From: Camelus dromedarius
Taxonomy: Eukaryota
Assembly: GCF_036321535.1 (NCBI RefSeq)
Contig: NC_087437.1
Coordinates: 95,234,001-95,298,000, forward strand
Length of the DNA: 64,000 nucleotides
Reading direction: 5' to 3'
The notes under the pieces are model-generated. The model was not told where the DNA came from, ran no database searches, and was given only the letters and a program-made list of their open reading frames with translations. A program made the translations under genes and the position numbers. Below are positions 28,257 to 39,341 of this stretch, in pieces; positions within the stretch are counted from its first letter, which is position 1, and the number at the start of each line of letters is the position of its first letter.

Positions 28257-28394
28257 GGAGGAGGGTATAGCTCAAGTGGAAGAGCACAATTTTAGCATAC
28301 ACAAGGTCCTGGGTTCAATCTCCAGTACCCCTTTTACAAATAAAATAAATAAGTAAACCTAATTACCTCCTGCTCCCCCAAAAAAATAATAATA
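28257..28394 (+). mobile_element. tRNA-derived SINE of camelid type (vic-1-like) with target-site duplication
   Basis: A box (tagctcaagtgg), B box (ggttcaatctc), tail aaacctaattacctcc, A-rich end; 14-bp TSD aagattcatttcaa (28243-28256) / aagattgatttcaa (28395-28408). Confidence 0.9.
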
Positions 28395-29948
28395 AAGATT
28401 GATTTCAATTCTGAGCACAGAGAAAACAATAGAGAAGAGTGGTATGTTATGTTAGAATCATGTAGGAAACTATTTCAAACTATATCCATTACTTTACCTT
28501 TCTAGAGAGTTTATATATCCATCTGGGGTTATATTGTATACTTTTTGAGTCCATCTAGATTGAATTAAACTCACAGAGTTAATCTAGACAAACAGAGTGG
28601 CTAGGATATGATTTAATATGTGAATTTGGGGTTGAAGAGAAGACACCTGGGGGTAAAATTGTGGTAAGTTTGACTATTTGAATATTGAGCTGATATAGAG
28701 CAAGGATTCCATGTTGACTCTAGAATTTCTCAGTGTACTAATATACTGAGCTATTCAAGGAATAGAAGTGGTTATTGTTATTTATTTTTTTAAGAGAAGT
28801 GGTATTGACGAAGACCATGTGTATTTAGGATTCAATCTTGTGAGGCATCCAAATGGTTATGTATGATGAAAAAGGCATTATTGGTTTAGCACTTGGGAGG
28901 GAATTCTGGGCCAGATTATAGATACTGAAGCTTTCCACACAAAGACAGTAGAGAATTATTCAATCATATGGTTGAATAATATGGAGTCAAGAAGAGTATT
29001 TAACAAAAAAGGAAGAGAAAAAAGAACCTTAAAAAGGACACCATAAAGAAGACCAAGAAGGAGCAGCTGGAGACATGGAAAGAAAAGCAGCAGAAAAGAC
29101 TGTGGTGGGCTGAAGAAAGTGGTGTGGCAGGATGGTGCAGTGGTCAACACAGACAAATTCTGCAAAACAGTAATCAAGTAGGACAGAACCTGAAAAAAGG
29201 CTTTCTAATCAGGGCAATTAAGAGATTTTTGAAATCTAAATTGAGAAGAGTTCCAATAGGATGAGGACAGAAGCAGCTTAGATGGTGTGTCTCAACCTGA
29301 ACAATGTTTGGCAGTGGAAGAAGGAATAAGATATGATAGTGCATTTAAGAAAAGTTTGACAGGCTGTTTGTATTTAATGGAGAGATATGGTCATACATGC
29401 ATATGGAGTAGAAAAAGTAGACAAGTAGAAAGACAAAAATGGCACCATGAGGAAAATAAACTGAGCCCCAGTTACTTTACATAGTATTTTTTTCAGCATC
29501 TAAGGTATTTTACATTTTGGCCGTTGTATCTTATTTTAATGTGTTGCTCTAACGTACAGCTGTGACATTCAAGTCTTAGTGACAAATCAATGACACGTGA
29601 AAATAAGTGCTTTTTATAGAAAGTAAGCAAAAGTTTTTATTTTGACTTTTCTTTTAAATTAAGTACTATGAAAAAGAAATAATCACTAAAGAGTATTGGA
29701 TATGTGCAGTTAATTCCGTGAGTGCAGGTTTGATTTGGTTACACCATAACACATGACTTAAATACAAACAAATATAAAGAATGTTGGTTAGAATTGTGTC
29801 TCTCCATTTAAATAATAATAGTAATAAAAATGATGATGTGGCACCAGATGACATTTGTGGTGTGTTTGCACCGGGGAAAATTGTGGCACACACTACGTCT
29901 TCATGAGCCTTCCATTTTTTCTATTTCAGTATGTCTTTTGATCCTCAG

Positions 29949-30487
29949 TTTTTTCTTTTTCATATTCTTTTTATTGTAATAACCATTCATATAGGTAATT
30001 ACAGGATATTGAAATCTCAAACTCCTTTGGTACCCATAAGTTTGTTTTCCATGTCTGTAAGTCTGTTTCTGTTGTAAATAAATTCATTTGTGTCATTTTT
30101 TTTAAGATTCCACATATAAATGATATCATATAGTATCTGTCTTTCTCTTTCTGACTTACTTAATATGATAATCTCCATTCATGTTGCTACAAATGGCATT
30201 ATTTTTTTTTCCGGCTGAATAATATTACGTTTTATATATATATATATATGTATCTTTATCCATTCATCTGTCAATGGACACTTAAGTTACTTCCATGCTT
30301 TGGCTATTGTAAATAGTGCTACTATGAACACTAGGGTGCAGGCATCTTTTTGAATTAAGGTCTCTTCTGGATATATGCCCAGGAGTGAGATTGCTAGGTC
30401 ATATGGTAAATCTATTTTCAGTTTTTTAAGGAATCTCCATACTGTTTTCCAGAGTGGCTGCACTAAATTACATTCCCACCAACACTG
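29949..30487 (-). mobile_element. L1 fragment (ORF2 C-terminal region plus partly deleted 3' UTR)
   Basis: Minus strand encodes [39 protein letters not shown], the Cys-rich C-terminal region of L1 ORF2p. Confidence 0.93.
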
Positions 30488-30879
30488 ACCCACATTTTTA
30501 AATCTTTCTCCAATTGACATTGCTATATACTTTTTCTTAAACCTTGCCTGCCTTTCATTAGAAGTTAATGTTTAAGTGGAATGAATTAAGATAGCTTATT
30601 TATATAAAGATGTGGCTGATGCTGTTTTAATTAATAGCCAAAGATGACTACATAATTTACCTATATTCTAATTGGGTTAGCACATACCAGGAGTTTGGTC
30701 CACAACTTTCCATAATCAATAAACAAATTTTACTGTCTACCTAAAAACAGTCAACCTGTTAAGGTCCAATTCAATTTAACCAATCTCCCAGTGGGATTAA
30801 TAATAATAGTAATTATCCTAGAAACAGCATCCACTCATTTATTAAGCAGAACATGCAACTACATTGATAGTAACTATGA

Positions 30880-31150
30880 TAGCTAGCTAGTATTTGTAGC
30901 TATCATTCAGTGTATTGGGCACTATTTTAGTGTGTCACACGTTGTAACTTATTTAATCCTCACAATTCTCTGGAAGAGTTTTTATTATCAACCCCTGTTT
31001 CATTCTTCCTCTTTTATATGTGAGGAAATTCAGGCATAAAACAGTTAAGCAACTTGTCCAAAGTCATATATTAAGTAGGCAGCAGAGCCAAGTTTCTCAC
31101 ACAGGCAGTCTGGCTCCAGGGTCCCTGCTCTTAAACACTGTTCTATCCAG
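30880..31150 (-). mobile_element. MIR SINE, near full length
   Basis: atttaatcctcacaattctct...tgaggaaattcaggcataaaacagttaagcaacttgtccaaagtcata...ggcagtctggctccagggtccctgctcttaa. Confidence 0.88.
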
Positions 31151-31352
31151 ATTTATACAGTCTAGCTTAATATAAATAAATTTGCAGAGGAAAATACCAA
31201 TGTCAGCAGGTGAGTGTATTTTTTGCCAGTAATAATAAAAGGTTTACTTGTTGTTTATAGAATTGTATTAAAGGCCACCGAGGGCTAATTCCCCATGGAA
31301 ACACTATTAAAGGATTTCTCACACAGAGGAGTGCCTGATGGGGGATGTATAG

Positions 31353-31480
31353 TTCATTCATTCAGTCATTCACTGCACAATACTCACTGCCTACTGTGTC
31401 CTCGGTGCTATTCTGGGTGCTGTGGACAAACGCTTTCTTGGGACAGTAGACAGGTGGGGAAAAGAGACAATTAAAAAAAA
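31353..31480 (-). mobile_element. L2 3' terminal fragment
   Basis: ttcattcattcagtcattca...tgcctactgtgtcctcggtgctattctgggtgctgtggaca. Confidence 0.75.
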
Positions 31481-33514
31481 ATAGATATAACATGCTATGA
31501 TATAATATAACATAATGTAACATATAACCATAGGATATAAAAACCCATAAATCAGTCTTAAATTCAGAAGTGTAGATTGAACATAAATGGAAAGTTCTGT
31601 GCTCTGTACTTGGCTACTCTCAGTCCTGTGAAGTGAGATGCTAAGCTCTCAACAATTCAGGGAGCTGTTGGAATGCTCTGTCCATAGACCTCGGCAGAAA
31701 CTGACTAAAAACAGAGCTAAGGTGGCTAAGAGGAGGAAAAAACAAAAAGAAACACTTCTTAATAGAAGGCCAAAAATGGTTTGCAGACAATAATTCTGCA
31801 GTAAACAACTGCAAAGAGCAAAACTGGGGCCAGAAGACTCAAGGATAGCGAAGTAGCATGAAGGAGCATCAGAGAAAACAAAGCAAGCTTGTTAGAAAAG
31901 TTCTGAATGCTTTGAAGCTGGGATAACTTGCATTGCGTTCTCAGCAAGTTGAAGAACAATCTTTACCCGTATTTAAGGGAAGGTACCATTGCTACTTTTC
32001 CTGTAACTTTGCCTCCTTGTGCAGAGTAGTGACTACATTGTGGGATATTGAATGAAGTGCTAATTCAAAGAAAGTAACTGCAACCCTTTGGGGCATGATT
32101 TAATAGTCTCACCTGTCCCGTTTTATTTTAGTTATTTTACTTATATTTTAGAAATATGAAGAGGTGTCTTTCATAGAAAAGTGGCAATAGAGCAAAATGT
32201 ATTATATAAGTAGAATTTGGCATGGAAAAGAACATTTTCCCCTTATTTCGTTTGGTCATCTGAAAAGGAACATCTGTACCTTCATACTTGCTACAATTTT
32301 CCACCCTAGCAATTACTCACATGAGCTAGTGGGATGTAATTGTCCAAGGTTTGTATTCACCTGGGTAATTTAGTGGAAAACTTCTATTAGGTTAAGCTGT
32401 CCAAAAGGTAGTTATTGGCTGGTTTACCAGTTAATCAGCTTTGTTTTATGATGGCTACAAATTGGCACCCTGTACAAAGGGATACATACCCATAGTGGAT
32501 TTCTTCAAAGTGTATGATACACAAGAATCAGAAATGTCAAATACTAATACTAGAAAAATTGGAAAACAGCCACTCCAATATATTAAAATTATAAGTTTCA
32601 TGATTTACTTTGAAGAATATTTTCAAATTACCAATGGATAGTGACTAAATACACATTTGGCAGAAGTTTATTAAACGGTAAATACCGAATACATTTTCAT
32701 GTCATTGACACTTTGCAAGGTGAGTAGAAGGTCATTTCTGAATGTTTTCACCTATGCAGAGTAAATAGACACACTTTGGAGACTGTTAGCATTAATGGTG
32801 ATAGTCTTTAGACTTTTCATGAGCAAGGGGCAAAATCTGAATGGCATATTCATTTTTTTTAATTTGTTTTATAAAAATAAATGCTTATCAGGTTATACAA
32901 GTTCAAGTGTGCTTCCTCTGATATTTTCAAGGGATAAATTATCATTTTTTATTGAAGATTGTTTTAGAAAGTATCTATTACATTAAAACATAGAACATTT
33001 AAAGGAGTGTTTTTATTTAAGCTTAGCTTAAAGGATTATCATGACCCTTGAAAATATTAAAAATGGTGGGAATATTTAAATTATGTAATTACTTTTGATT
33101 GTTGCAGTTTTTATGACCATGTGTAGTATCAAAGCTGAACTATAAATGATAGTGAATAGGTAAATGGAAAGGACCTGGCTGTGGAATTTGACACACCTAA
33201 GGTTAGGCTCTGTCTGCCACATACTAGCTATAATTTCTTGGGCAAAATTCTTAACTTAGAAAATGAGCACACCTCCCAGGATTATTTTAGGGATGAAATG
33301 GGATTATTTTGTTTATTCAAAAAATTATGTATTTAGGTCATTACTATGAAAAAAACAGTGCCAGACCCCAGCTGTCCACAGATAAACAAGACATAGAAGC
33401 TTTGTGAGGATTCCAAGATGGAAATTAAACTTAATATTAAATATTGTTATTATAATTATTAATGTTGCATACTTAAATATTAAAGCAATTCAGTCCTAAA
33501 ACTAATAAGGTGTG

Positions 33515-34018
33515 TGCAGGAGAGGAAAAATTGTTTTTCCTACTTCCCTCCTGTGTTCTCTGGCTGGTGCCCTGTAGAGTGGACTGAAAAGGCAGATTAA
33601 CAGGAGAAAGGCATACACATTTATTTAAGATGAGTTTTACATGTCACAAGAGCCCTCATAAGGAAATGAAAACTTAAAGAAGCAGTTAAATCTGAGCCTT
33701 TTATGTACGGTTTGATGAAAAGTAGAAAGTCATGGAAAAACATTATAGGACAAAAGGTTGTGAGCGACAGACAGTAAAATGGATGAAAAAAAAGCAAGCC
33801 TATTCACTCAGGTTCCCCTCAGTGGCCCTCTGTCTTCAATGATAAGGATGCTCCTTCCCTCTAGATACAGGGGGTGCCTCTCACATGAGGGCCTATGACC
33901 TTCTTTAGAGGGAGGAAGAGGAGACCAGAAGGTCCTTCTTCTACCTGCCATTTCTCAATTCCTTCATCTTAAAATATTCAGTGTGCCGTATTTGGGGTAG
34001 TGTGTTCTGACCCTGTCA
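33515..34018 (-). mobile_element. ERV1-class solo LTR (MER31/MER67-like), antisense to ROBO1
   Basis: 504 bp with TG...CA ends and 4-bp TSD TGTG (33511-33514, 34019-34022); minus-strand AATAAA (tttatt near 33620); termini match recalled ERV1 LTRs. Confidence 0.8.
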
Positions 34019-34302
34019 TGTGTAATAAAGATAGCAACCAACATTTCTGTGTACTCCTTGTGCCAGATACAGTTTGCTACAGGTGAGTAGAGGAGGAAGA
34101 CATAAATAATGAAAAAGGATGACTTTATGAGATTATCTAGTACAACATACTAAGTGTAATATAAACCCAACCATCATGAATTTTTTTTCATTCCTGTCCA
34201 AATTTGTCAGTCAGAAAAATCATAGTGTATTAGCTCCATAAAATACTTTTTTTTTTCACCATTTTATTTTGGAAACATATTTTTTAAAGAGATGTTGAAA
34301 CA

Positions 34303-34795
34303 TTGATGTGGTATATTTATACAGTGGAATACTATTCAGCCATAAAAAGACAATATAATGCCATTTGCAGCAACATGGATGTCCCAGGAGAATCTCATTC
34401 TAAGTGAGGTAAGTCAGAAAGAGAAAGAAAAATACCATATGAGATCACTCATATGTGGAATCAAAAAAAAAAGTACATAAATACAAAACAGAAACAGACT
34501 CATAGACATAGAATACAAACTTGTGGTTGCCAAAGGGGCGGGGGGTGGGAAGGGACAGACTGGGATTTCAAAATTTGTAGATACTGACAGGCATATACAG
34601 AATAGATAAACAGGATTACACTGTATAGCACAGGGAAATATATACAAGGTCTTCTGCTCACAGCAGAAAAAAAATGTGACAATGAATATATGTACGTTCA
34701 TGTATAACTGAAAAATTGTGCTCTACACTGGAATTTACCACAACATTGTAAAATGACTATAACTCAATAAAAAATGTTAAAACAAACAAACAAAA
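34303..34795 (+). mobile_element. 5'-truncated L1 3' end, camelid-type 3' UTR
   Basis: ORF2 end (atgccatttgcagcaacatggatg...ctaagtgaggtaagtcagaaagagaaag), G-rich tract, terminal tgactataactcaataaaaaatgttaaaa and (AAAC)n tail. Confidence 0.93.
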
Positions 34796-35019
34796 GCTAA
34801 GTAGATTTATGATATGTATTTTTTCATCCCTTTTGGATAACAGTTTAATTTCATCATTTTAAGAAACAAACAGGAGTGGAAAGAATAAACATCTAGTTGC
34901 TGATGTAAGAAATTTGAACTAAATTTATTTTCCAAGCTTTTTTTTCCCTAAAGAAAGAACTCAGTTTTAAAAAGTTTGTATTGGGATAACAAAGCATTCC
35001 TCCTGTGGCGTTACACTGA

Positions 35020-35240
35020 TTTAGTGAGCAAGAGCACTGATTTTAGAGTTAAACTGATACAATTTGTAACCTGGTTTTTGTGCTTCTGTATCTCTTAGTT
35101 TTCTCACAGGTAAGTTGATGATAATAATGCTATTAAAATCATGTGGTTCTGGTGGGAATTAGTGAAATTAATGTATAACAAAATTTTAGCTCATTTCCCA
35201 GTACAACATAAAATACTCATTAAATGTTAGTGTTATTATT
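35020..35240 (+). mobile_element. MIR SINE
   Basis: agagcactgattttagagttaaactga...cttagttttctcacaggtaagttgatgataataat...tactcattaaatgttagtgttattatt. Confidence 0.7.
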
Positions 35241-35546
35241 TAACACATACTCACACACTCAAATCTCGCACCTAATATCCGATAAATGTTAAGTATTAGT
35301 TTTATTTGGTTTTTATTATATATTAGTACTATCTTGATATACCTTGGGAATATCTAATATGAAGCATAATTCTTATCCTCGGGGTTTTAACAGAGCTTAG
35401 TGTTTAAAGGATGGGATTTGACATCAGACTGACCTAGGATGGAATCCTGATAACCCCATATACCAAGCAAATGTCAGTTTCTCCATTTGTAAAATAGTGA
35501 AAACTCTTCATCAGCCTTTGTGAAGATTAAATTGGGTTCAGTTCTT

Positions 35547-35646
35547 TTTTACTGAAGTGCAGTTGATTTACAATGTTTCAGGTGTACAGCAAAGTGATTC
35601 ACTTATATATAATAATATATAATATATATATATATTCTTTTTCAGA
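35547..35646 (-). mobile_element. Very short L1 3' terminal insertion within a MIR, with TSD
   Basis: ttttactgaagtgcagttgatttacaatgtttcaggtgtacagcaaagtgattca is the reverse L1 tail; TSD ttcagttctt at 35537-35546 and 35647-35656. Confidence 0.85.
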
Positions 35647-36059
35647 TTCAGTTCTTAGTTCAAAGCTTTCCACATCATAAATGCCAGATTTTTAGCTATC
35701 TGTAGTAGAGAGATGAGAAATGATATCATGCATAGGTATGCAATATAAAAAATAGGATATTTAGTACAATGTATGCTTTTCTCTCAAAAAACAATATATG
35801 TTCACTGTATAAAGAAATCAGACATAGCCATGTACAAAGAAGATTCAAATCATTCATAATGTCACAACTCAGCAATAGCTACTCTTAACGGTTTATTTTC
35901 TCTTTATGCCTTTGTTTTCTACATATATATATTTAATTAGGGAATTTTCTTTGCAAAATTAAAAGCGTATTTTATACTGGCCTTTCCCAAAATATATTAC
36001 TAAGGATTTTATATTAGAAATAGCACAATGATGGTCCTCCAATAATTTATAAAAATTAG

Positions 36060-36293
36060 TGAAGTTAAGTCATGGTCAAATGAGTTTGGAAAATACTAGG
36101 GTGACAAAGTTAAATTTTTTTTTTTTTCTGTAGGACTTCACAGTACTTTTAATATGCTAATGAATATTATAATTTTCCAAAGGTTGGCTATAATATAACA
36201 TTTTCCAAACATAAATGTCTTACTCTTTTTCAGCAAATACATATTAAGATCACTTTGAACTAGCGTTTTATAGAACATGCTTTTGGAAACTTG
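36060..36293 (-). mobile_element. hAT-Charlie MITE, MER112-like
   Basis: catggtcaaatgagtttggaaaatact...ctgtaggacttcacagtacttttaatatgctaatg...gaactagcgttttatagaacatgcttttggaaac. Confidence 0.7.
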
Positions 36294-38914
36294 GCCATAC
36301 CTATTTTTATATGCTTTCTTTTTTCAATTAACATTTTATTACTTTATTTTTAAAAGAACATTGTATTTAATGTCTGTGTAATATTCCCTTGCAATAAGGT
36401 GCCTATTTTTAATAACAAGTCCAAAATTTCACTTTGGAATGAGTAATGTGGGTACTGAAGGTTTGAAATTCAAAAAGAGCAAGCCTAACGTAGCCTACCA
36501 AAGCTTTAGGTAGGTACATATAAACTGGGGTTGAGGGAGTCTGCTGCAGAAAAAGAAGGCGTCAAAAAGATGTCAGGGGAAGCCATTTTTATGTTCCTCT
36601 AGGAGGAATTGTTTCAAATAATTGCATGGTTGCCTGTTACTCTGAAGCAGATTCTGTTCTTTACTATATAAATGACAGACTGACTGCTACGTGCCTTTTT
36701 TCCTTTGTTCAAGAACATTTTGAAAGGATGATTTTTAAACAAAATTATCTCAACTAGGAAGTTGCAAGGAGGAGGTTAGGAAAATTTATTCAGGCAGGCA
36801 TTTTAATCAAAGAGGTATTTGTTGGAAGTATGGTTAAAAGTGTAGTTGGCCAAGGCATACAAATAGTAATTTTTTTTCCCTTTGAGCTCTAGCCCAACGC
36901 TTTAGAAATGAGTTATGAATGTAAATAAATACAAATCAATAGGAGTTCTGTTTTTATTATTTCACTGGGAATTTCTGTACAATTTGAGAGCAACTTGCTG
37001 CAAGTTCAGCAGATGATTAAGTTTAACCTTGATCCTGAGCCAGCAAGATTGGCTTACTTTCTATCAGCAAGGGATGTAAATTTACTCGGACACATTTTAA
37101 TTGGCATTTATGCAACATGTACACACAGATGCTGAATTCATTGAGAAATCCTGAGTGCCATCTGTTTAACTAGCTTTGCCCTCTATTAAAGTACATGATA
37201 AAATGAGACTGGAAATCTTTGGCTTGCTCGTATATTTATCTTATACTACGCAGCGTTTCCAAAGACCACTTTATTAGTGTGATAGTCCGGTAAATATTAA
37301 TGCTTACTATGATAACCTAAAATATAATATTTTCTCTTTCCCTTTTTGTGGACTCTTTAAGACAGTTACTCTCTTACTCTTTCCCTTAGTAAAAAGATTT
37401 TTAATGATGTAGATTTTTTAAGTTAAAAATATATTTTTTTTAGTTTAAAGTAACTTTCATAGTAAAACAACTGAGATTGCTATATATGTAGAATCATAAA
37501 TACTTTTAATCAAACTTATTTTCATAATAAATTTCTAAATTTTTAATTAGTTTTAAAATAATCACTTTTATCCCCCCCCCACCCCGTGCAGTTTGAGTTA
37601 CAAATGAACTAACATTTTAAGATTAGTTCTCTTTTCCATGTATAATCAAAACGTTAGATTGGACCCAGTTCCAGATGAGTCATTTGCCTTCCCTGAAAGA
37701 CTTGGGGTGGACAGCAACAATATCCCATCATATCTACATATACAGAACTTGAGGGAAGGTCTGACATTATTATAAAAATTAATAGGGAAGTGCTCCTCTT
37801 TAATCGTGCCATACCTTAACTTTAAAATATATATAATAACAATAAAACCACAGTTCCAAAATACACATTTGAAAAAAAATCCAAAATATACATTGATTCA
37901 TTGATGAAGTGTTAAGATTGGGATCAAATTACTATACTTGCATGATATAGTAAGTCTTAAAAGAAAAATCGCCCAAAGCATCAAATTACTTTTTGTACAT
38001 TTTCCTATTAATCTAAAGTAAGTATTCAATCTTAAAAGAGCTGTCACTTTATCGCTGTCATGATGACAGACTGAACCATTTATTTGATCAGTACAGGCTT
38101 TATATCTCTGTGACAGGTAGAGATTATGATGACATTGTCTTCAACCTAAATTCATGAGGCTAAGAATGAAATCCCTCAGCTTGAAAGGTTTTTAAAACTG
38201 AAAGTAAACTAACAGATATAGTTCCAGATTTTTAAATGGTTATTACAAGAATGGGTTTAGTTAATTTCCTCATGTGGTTAATGCTTAATACAGTGATATT
38301 ACATAGTATATTAATATAATTCTCTTCTAAGTGTTGGGTTTCTGGGACTGACCTAGTGGGAAAACTAGGAAATGAGAACCCCTTCCCAGTGAACCACCTT
38401 GAGCAAATCTTATGGCTGCCAAGGACTTTCAATTAAAGCCCCAGTTAAAGCTGCTTCAGAAATATTCTGACTTCCATGTCAAATTAAAACAAAAATTTTT
38501 TTTTGAAATTAAAAGCTCTTTGCTATCTTTGGATTCTGTTCTAGTTGTCAGTAGATAATGACAGTCTAATTGGAAGTCAGTGGGCTTTCTTAACCCATTT
38601 GGGGGTTACTATAGCATTAAATAAATTCCTTAACCTTGCTGAACTCAGTTTTCCTATCTGTAAAATGAAGGAGACACAGACTAAAAAGATCACTGAGTTC
38701 CTTTTAATTAAAACATTCTTTTATTCAAAATAATAAACATATAAGATCATGGACTGTAGAATGGGCTGCTTATCTTTTCTCTCTTTCATGCTTCCAAAGT
38801 ACAAAACTTTAGAACACTTGACTGAATCCTTTTCTGTTAAATTAAGTTGAACATCCATTAGAATGTTCCCTTTGCTTTTAAAATGAAGTACAGTTATCTA
38901 TCGAAAATCCACAT

Positions 38915-39341
38915 CCATTTCCAGCAACGTGGATGAATCTTGAACACATTATGCTAAGTAAGACAAATCAGACAGAAAAAGATAAGTACTGTGTGACATC
39001 ACATATATGTCAAATCTAAGAAAGTCAGACTTGTGATAAAAAGAGTAAAATGCTGGTTACCAGGGGAAGAGGGTAGAGGAATAAAATTGATGTTGTTTAA
39101 GGGTACAAACTTGCAATGAGCACTAAAGAAGCCATATTGATCTAATGCACAGTATATTGAATGTAGACAACAATATTATACTATAATTACATAATATGAA
39201 ATATGGCTACCATGGCAATCTTATTACAGTATATTAAATGCATCAAAGTAACATGTTTTATACTTTCAATTTGCACAATATTATATTTCAAATATATTCA
39301 GTTAAAAAATAAAAGAATTCCAAAGAGGAAAGAAAAAATAA
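38915..39341 (+). mobile_element. Older L1 (L1MA-type) 3' end with TSD
   Basis: ccatttccagcaacgtggatgaatcttgaacacattatgctaagt...agggtacaaacttgca...A-rich tail; 12-bp TSD gaaaatccacat at 38903-38914 and 39342-39353. Confidence 0.88.

Noticed and set aside
28257..28330. tRNA-like sequence with A and B boxes
   Set aside because: Degenerate anticodon arm, SINE tail and TSD show it is a SINE, not a tRNA gene.
30287..30520. ORF with real protein similarity
   Set aside because: Fragment of L1 ORF2p in a truncated dead element, not a host gene; same for 9322-9510.
34050..34088. CAG|GTGAGT recursive-site-like motif
   Set aside because: Upstream region has two further AGs and no good pyrimidine tract.
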